Shown here: positions 60,159 through 64,000 of the stretch, piece by piece
Layout of the letters: every line of letters starts with the position of its first letter
How positions within the stretch are numbered: the first letter of the stretch is position 1
NCBI GenBank assembly: GCA_937911325.1
Contig: CALDSD010000093.1
Span: 1-64,000 of the forward strand
Direction of reading: 5' to 3'
Source of the DNA: an uncultured Neomegalonema sp.
Lineage (GTDB): Bacteria > Pseudomonadota > Alphaproteobacteria > Rhodobacterales > Rhodobacteraceae
DNA length: 64,000 nt
Notes under the pieces: model-generated
The model's database searches: none
The model's input: the letters and a program-made list of their open reading frames with translations, nothing else
What the model was told of the DNA's origin: nothing
Translations under genes and position numbers: made by a program

Positions 60159-60560
60159 TCAGGCGTCGGTCGTTTCGACCGGCGCGCCCGACTTTTTCCA
60201 GGCGCCGAAGCCTCCGTTCACATGCTTGACCGGCTTCAGACCCATGTCCTGAGCCGCTTTGGCCGCGAGAGCCGAGCGCATGCCTCCGGCGCAAAAGAAC
60301 ACGAATGTCTTGTCCTGGGCGAAAACCTCCTTGTGGTAGGGGCTGGCGGGGTCGATCCAGAACTCCAGCATCCCGCGCGGCGCGTGAAACGCGCCCGGCA
60401 TGCGCCCCTCCCGATCCAGTTCGCGGATGTCTCGGATATCGACAAACACGACGTCCTCACGCCCGTGCAACGTCTGGGCGTCCTCGATGGTGATCTCGTC
60501 GACCTCGGCGTTGGCGGCGTCGACGAGGCTCTTCGCCGACTTGGTGATCGTCTGCGGCAT
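60159..60560 (-). CDS. rhodanese-like domain protein
   Basis: 133 aa from the ATG at 60560 with a GGGAGGG RBS. FFCAGGMRS active-site Cys loop. Confidence 0.75.
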   Translation of the reverse strand: MPQTITKSAKSLVDAANAEVDEITIEDAQTLHGREDVVFVDIRDIRELDREGRMPGAFHAPRGMLEFWIDPASPYHKEVFAQDKTFVFFCAGGMRSALAAKAAQDMGLKPVKHVNGGFGAWKKSGAPVETTDA

Positions 60561-60624
60561 TACTTCCCTCCCAGGGCGAGCTCCGGATCTGGCGCGTCGA
60601 AAGCACGCCCGATACGGTGGCGGT

Positions 60625-61530
60625 ATGTCCGAACTCGACCATAAGCAGGCGCTGGCGGCGATCAACGCTGACGATATGCGGCGACTGACCCAGCTCTCTG
60701 ACAGTCCGGGGCTGATCCGCCTGACAAGCCATCTCGCGGCCATTCTGCTCTGCGGCGCTTTTGTCGGCGCAACCACGGGCCTAACGCAGGTCGGTGCGCA
60801 AGCCTTGCTTGGACTGGTTCTGGTGTTCCTGTTCGCGCCCATGCACGAGTGCATTCACCGAACGGCGTTCCGCACGCGTTGGCTCAATGACGTCGTCGCC
60901 GAGATCTGCGGCTTCTTGCTGTTGCTTCCTCCACGAAGTTTTCGGTTTTTCCACTTCGCGCATCATCGTCACACTCAGGATCCGGAGCGCGACCCCGAGC
61001 TGTCCTCGCCAAAACCTGAAACCTGGCCGGCCTACCTTTGGCGGCTCACAGGGTGGTCCTACTGGGTTGGTCAGGTCCGTGGGATGATCACGGCGGCCGT
61101 TGGCGGAGAGATGCCGGATTTCGTGCCCGAACGGGCGGTCGCTCGCGTTCGTTGGGAGGCGCGAGCGTACCTGGCGCTGTACCTCGCAGCCGCCTGTTTC
61201 ACCATCATGAGCGGCCATACTGCTCTTGTGACATTCTGGATATTGCCGCTGGTGCTGGGCCAACCGTGGCTCCGAGCTTATTTGCTGGCCGAGCATACCG
61301 CCTGCCCGCTGAACCCGGACATGCTGGCGAACACGAGAACGACGTTCGCAAACCGTTTTGTGCGTTGGTTCGCGTGGGAAATGCCGCATCACACGGCGCA
61401 TCACGCCCTTCCCCAAGCGCCGTTTCACAAGCTGCCGAGTTTGACGGAGGAATTGCGCCCCTACTTGCGGAGCACGGCTTACGGCTACCCCGACGCCCAC
61501 CGCCAGATCGTCGCGCGTTTTAGGACTTAG
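60625..61530 (+). CDS. fatty acid desaturase family protein
   Basis: ATG at 60625 (MSELDHK). His boxes HECIH, HFAHHRH and HHTAHH. Confidence 0.75.
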   Translation: MSELDHKQALAAINADDMRRLTQLSDSPGLIRLTSHLAAILLCGAFVGATTGLTQVGAQALLGLVLVFLFAPMHECIHRTAFRTRWLNDVVAEICGFLLLLPPRSFRFFHFAHHRHTQDPERDPELSSPKPETWPAYLWRLTGWSYWVGQVRGMITAAVGGEMPDFVPERAVARVRWEARAYLALYLAAACFTIMSGHTALVTFWILPLVLGQPWLRAYLLAEHTACPLNPDMLANTRTTFANRFVRWFAWEMPHHTAHHALPQAPFHKLPSLTEELRPYLRSTAYGYPDAHRQIVARFRT

Positions 61531-61682
61531 TTAATTCAATTGGCTGGCTGATGCGCCCCGAGGCTCAATTCGCGTGTGAATTTGACTGCGTTGATCGCCG
61601 TTCGGTCCACTTTTCGCTAAGCAATTCGGGATAATCTTCGGACAAAGTTTATCGAATTGCGCGTGGGAAACGAGAGAGCGCT

Positions 61683-62726
61683 ATGCTGAATAAAGTTATG
61701 GCAGGCATGTTTGCGCTGATTGGGTTTCTCATCGGCGGGGTCCTGACAGGGCTGCTGACGCCGAATTTTGAGGGCGCAACCACGTCAGCCGAGAAAACCG
61801 CGCGTGAAGCGGCGCAGGACGTTGCATCGCTCAAACCCTCGCCACGGATCGAGACCACGGTCGACTTTCCCGTGGCGCCCACTGCGCCCGACACGGCGGG
61901 CGACGGCGGCTTCGCACGATCGGACGACCAACATCCAGCGCTCTGGCGTGTTTCGGACGAGGACAGCGTGCTGTGGCTGTTCGGAACAGTCCATGCGCTC
62001 CGCGAAGACCTCGACTGGCGCTTTCCGGAATACGAGGCCGCGGTATCTGAAGCCGAACGCTTCTACTTTGAGTCGAAGGTTGAAGACACCGCAGAGACCC
62101 GCAAACGCCTCCGCCAGCTGGAACGCCTTGCGACGTACAAGGACACGCCCCTGACCGAGCGCCTGTCCCAGAGCGGAAGCCGGCGCCTGCTTCGCTTGGC
62201 CCGCCGCCTCGGCTTGGATCAGTCCTCAATCATCTATACGCGCCCCTGGCAGGCAGGTCTGCTTCTCGGTCAGCGATTGGCGGTTCGAGCCGGCATGAAG
62301 GCGGAGCATGGCGTCGAAAGCGTGCTCGCCAAAAGGGTTGGAGATCGCCCGACCTACTACCTTGAGGATGGCATTGAAGTGCTGTTCAACCTCGCGGCGA
62401 TCCCCGAGGAGGCGCAACTCAGAGAGTTCGAGACCGCCCTGGAGCAGATCGACGACAACCCTTACCACACCGCCGACCTGCAGGACGCCTGGCGGTTGGG
62501 AGAGGTCGACCGGCTTTCCCAGCTCGCGTTCGGGTCGATGCCTGTGAACAGTCAGAGCTACGCCGTAATGATGCGCGACCGGAACGTGGCGTGGAGCGAA
62601 AAACTCCGTGCCGACCTGGACGCGGCAGGCGTGAGCTTTGTCGCTGTCGGAGCCGCGCATTTGATCGGCCCAGACAGCGTCCAGAGGCTCCTTGCGGACG
62701 ACGGTTACACGGTCGAGCGGTTCTGA
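61683..62726 (+). CDS. TraB/GumN family protein
   Basis: N-terminal TM segment, LWLFGTVHAL and the C-terminal AVGAAHLIGPDSV motifs. Confidence 0.8.
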   Translation: MLNKVMAGMFALIGFLIGGVLTGLLTPNFEGATTSAEKTAREAAQDVASLKPSPRIETTVDFPVAPTAPDTAGDGGFARSDDQHPALWRVSDEDSVLWLFGTVHALREDLDWRFPEYEAAVSEAERFYFESKVEDTAETRKRLRQLERLATYKDTPLTERLSQSGSRRLLRLARRLGLDQSSIIYTRPWQAGLLLGQRLAVRAGMKAEHGVESVLAKRVGDRPTYYLEDGIEVLFNLAAIPEEAQLREFETALEQIDDNPYHTADLQDAWRLGEVDRLSQLAFGSMPVNSQSYAVMMRDRNVAWSEKLRADLDAAGVSFVAVGAAHLIGPDSVQRLLADDGYTVERF

Positions 62727-62776
62727 CGCTTATTGCTCGTAGCAAGCTGTCTCTAACGGAGCTGGAAGCGCCGCCC

Positions 62777-63970
62777 TTAGCCGACGCGTTCGAGCGCAAC
62801 CGCAGTTCCTTCACCGCCGCCGATGCACAGTGAGGCGACGCCACGGCTCTCGCCCCGCTCCTCAAGCGCGTGGAGCAGCGTCACGAGGATCCGAGCGCCA
62901 GAAGCGCCGATTGGATGTCCAAGAGCGCAGGCGCCGCCGTTCACATTCAGCTTCTCACGCGGAATGTTGAGCTCCTGCTGCGCGGCCATCGGAACAACCG
63001 CAAATGCTTCGTTGATCTCCCAAAGATCCACATCCTCGACCGACCACCCGGTCGTCTCGAGCACCTTCTTCATCGCCGGGATCGGAGCCGTGGTGAACCA
63101 GTTCGGCTCCTGAGCGTGGCTTGCTTGTGCGAGGATCCTGGCGCGGATTGGAAGGCCGCGCTTCTCCGCCTCCGACTGGCGCATCAAAACCAGAGCGGCG
63201 GCGCCGTCGGAGATGGAGGAAGCGTTTGCCGGCGTCACCGTCCCGTCCTTCTTGAAGGCCGGTTTGAGGTGCGGGATCTTGTCCGGCCGCGCATTCTTAG
63301 GCTGTTCATCCTCACCGATCGTCACATCGCCTTTGCGTGTCTTCACAGTGACTGGCGTGATTTCGGCGCCGAAGCGGCCTTCGTTCTGAGCCGACAAGGC
63401 GTTTTCGAGCGACTTCAGCGCGTAGGCGTCCTGCATTTCGCGCGTGAACTGATACTTTTCCGCGCAATCCTCGGCGAACGTTCCCATGGCGCGCCCGGGC
63501 TCGTAGGCGTCCTCCAGACCATCAAACATCATATGATCCAGAACCTGCCCATGACCGATCCGCGTGCCTGAGCGCCCCTGCGGCAGAAGATGTGGCGCGT
63601 TGGTCATCGACTCCATGCCCCCGGCGACGACGACCTCGCTCGCGCCGGTGCGGATCGCATCCGCGCCTTGCATCACGGTCTTCATGCCCGAGCCGCACAT
63701 CTTGTTGACGGTTGTCGCCGGCGCGCTCCACGGCACGCCCGCCGCGTGCGCCGCCTGGCGAGCCGGCGCCTGGCCGAGGCCCGCGGGCAGCACCATGCCC
63801 ATCAGGACTTCCTGAACGTCTTCGGCCGGCAACCCGGCGCGTTCAAGCGCCGCCTTGATCGCCGCGCCGCCGAGATCGGTCGCTTTCACGCCTGAAAGAT
63901 CGCCTTGAAAGCCCCCCATCGGGGTGCGCGCCGCCCCGACGATGACAATCGGATCCGACTCGACACTCAT
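62777..63970 (-). CDS. acetyl-CoA C-acetyltransferase (thiolase II)
   Basis: Active-site Cys region VNKMCGSGMK and a C-terminal GGGEG; GGAGGG RBS. Confidence 0.9.
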   Translation of the reverse strand: MSVESDPIVIVGAARTPMGGFQGDLSGVKATDLGGAAIKAALERAGLPAEDVQEVLMGMVLPAGLGQAPARQAAHAAGVPWSAPATTVNKMCGSGMKTVMQGADAIRTGASEVVVAGGMESMTNAPHLLPQGRSGTRIGHGQVLDHMMFDGLEDAYEPGRAMGTFAEDCAEKYQFTREMQDAYALKSLENALSAQNEGRFGAEITPVTVKTRKGDVTIGEDEQPKNARPDKIPHLKPAFKKDGTVTPANASSISDGAAALVLMRQSEAEKRGLPIRARILAQASHAQEPNWFTTAPIPAMKKVLETTGWSVEDVDLWEINEAFAVVPMAAQQELNIPREKLNVNGGACALGHPIGASGARILVTLLHALEERGESRGVASLCIGGGEGTAVALERVG

Positions 63971-64000
63971 GGCATTCCCTCCAAATGGTTCGTTCGTTGG

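Noticed and set aside
1-64000. CRISPR arrays, rRNA genes, prophage or conjugative modules, integrase genes
   Set aside because: No spaced direct-repeat arrays, rRNA-like conserved blocks or phage or conjugation proteins were found on either strand. The only mobile element seen is the IS1595-family insertion.

Overview
This window is a high-GC chromosomal segment that looks alphaproteobacterial from its gene content and codon bias. It is dense in housekeeping and catabolic genes, with two clearly foreign insertions. Housekeeping genes include cobT (5' partial), dapD-dapE, a LOG-family protein, mepA, lepA, cobB, rpmB, meaB, a DUF3108 protein, two tandem tRNAs, an SPFH protein, two membrane fatty-acid desaturases, NADP-malic enzyme, methylmalonyl-CoA mutase, hrpB, glutamate dehydrogenase, argG, a chrA chromate transporter cluster, a TraB/GumN protein and a thiolase. 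A large quaternary-amine catabolic island spans about 26.1-40.6 kb. It holds a CdhR-like GlxA/AraC regulator, a BKACE-family (cdhC-like) gene, an L-carnitine dehydrogenase fused to a thioesterase, an acyl-CoA dehydrogenase, an ADP-forming acyl-CoA synthetase, a crotonase, betA, an enolase-superfamily enzyme, a second GMC oxidoreductase, an SDR and an orphan solute-binding protein. A second module at 44.0-52.0 kb pairs an Asp/Glu-racemase-family gene and an M24 hydrolase with a complete peptide/opine-type ABC importer. The most notable feature is an intact IS1595-family element at 8228..11112. It has perfect 23-bp terminal inverted repeats and an 8-bp target-site duplication (CACTTTTT), and it carries passenger genes: a lower-GC DUF3800-like gene, a KTSC-domain gene and small ORFs. 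It sits in the divergent promoter region between a hypothetical gene and cobB. A second foreign piece is an AT-rich islet encoding an orphan lipoprotein at the 3' flank of tRNA-Ala(CGC), around 52.1-53.45 kb. The two tandem tRNAs at 14.43-14.58 kb fold by hand into short-variable-arm cloverleafs whose anticodons read CAG and GCU, which is unexpected and needs checking with a tRNA predictor. No CRISPR array, rRNA or prophage structural genes were seen.
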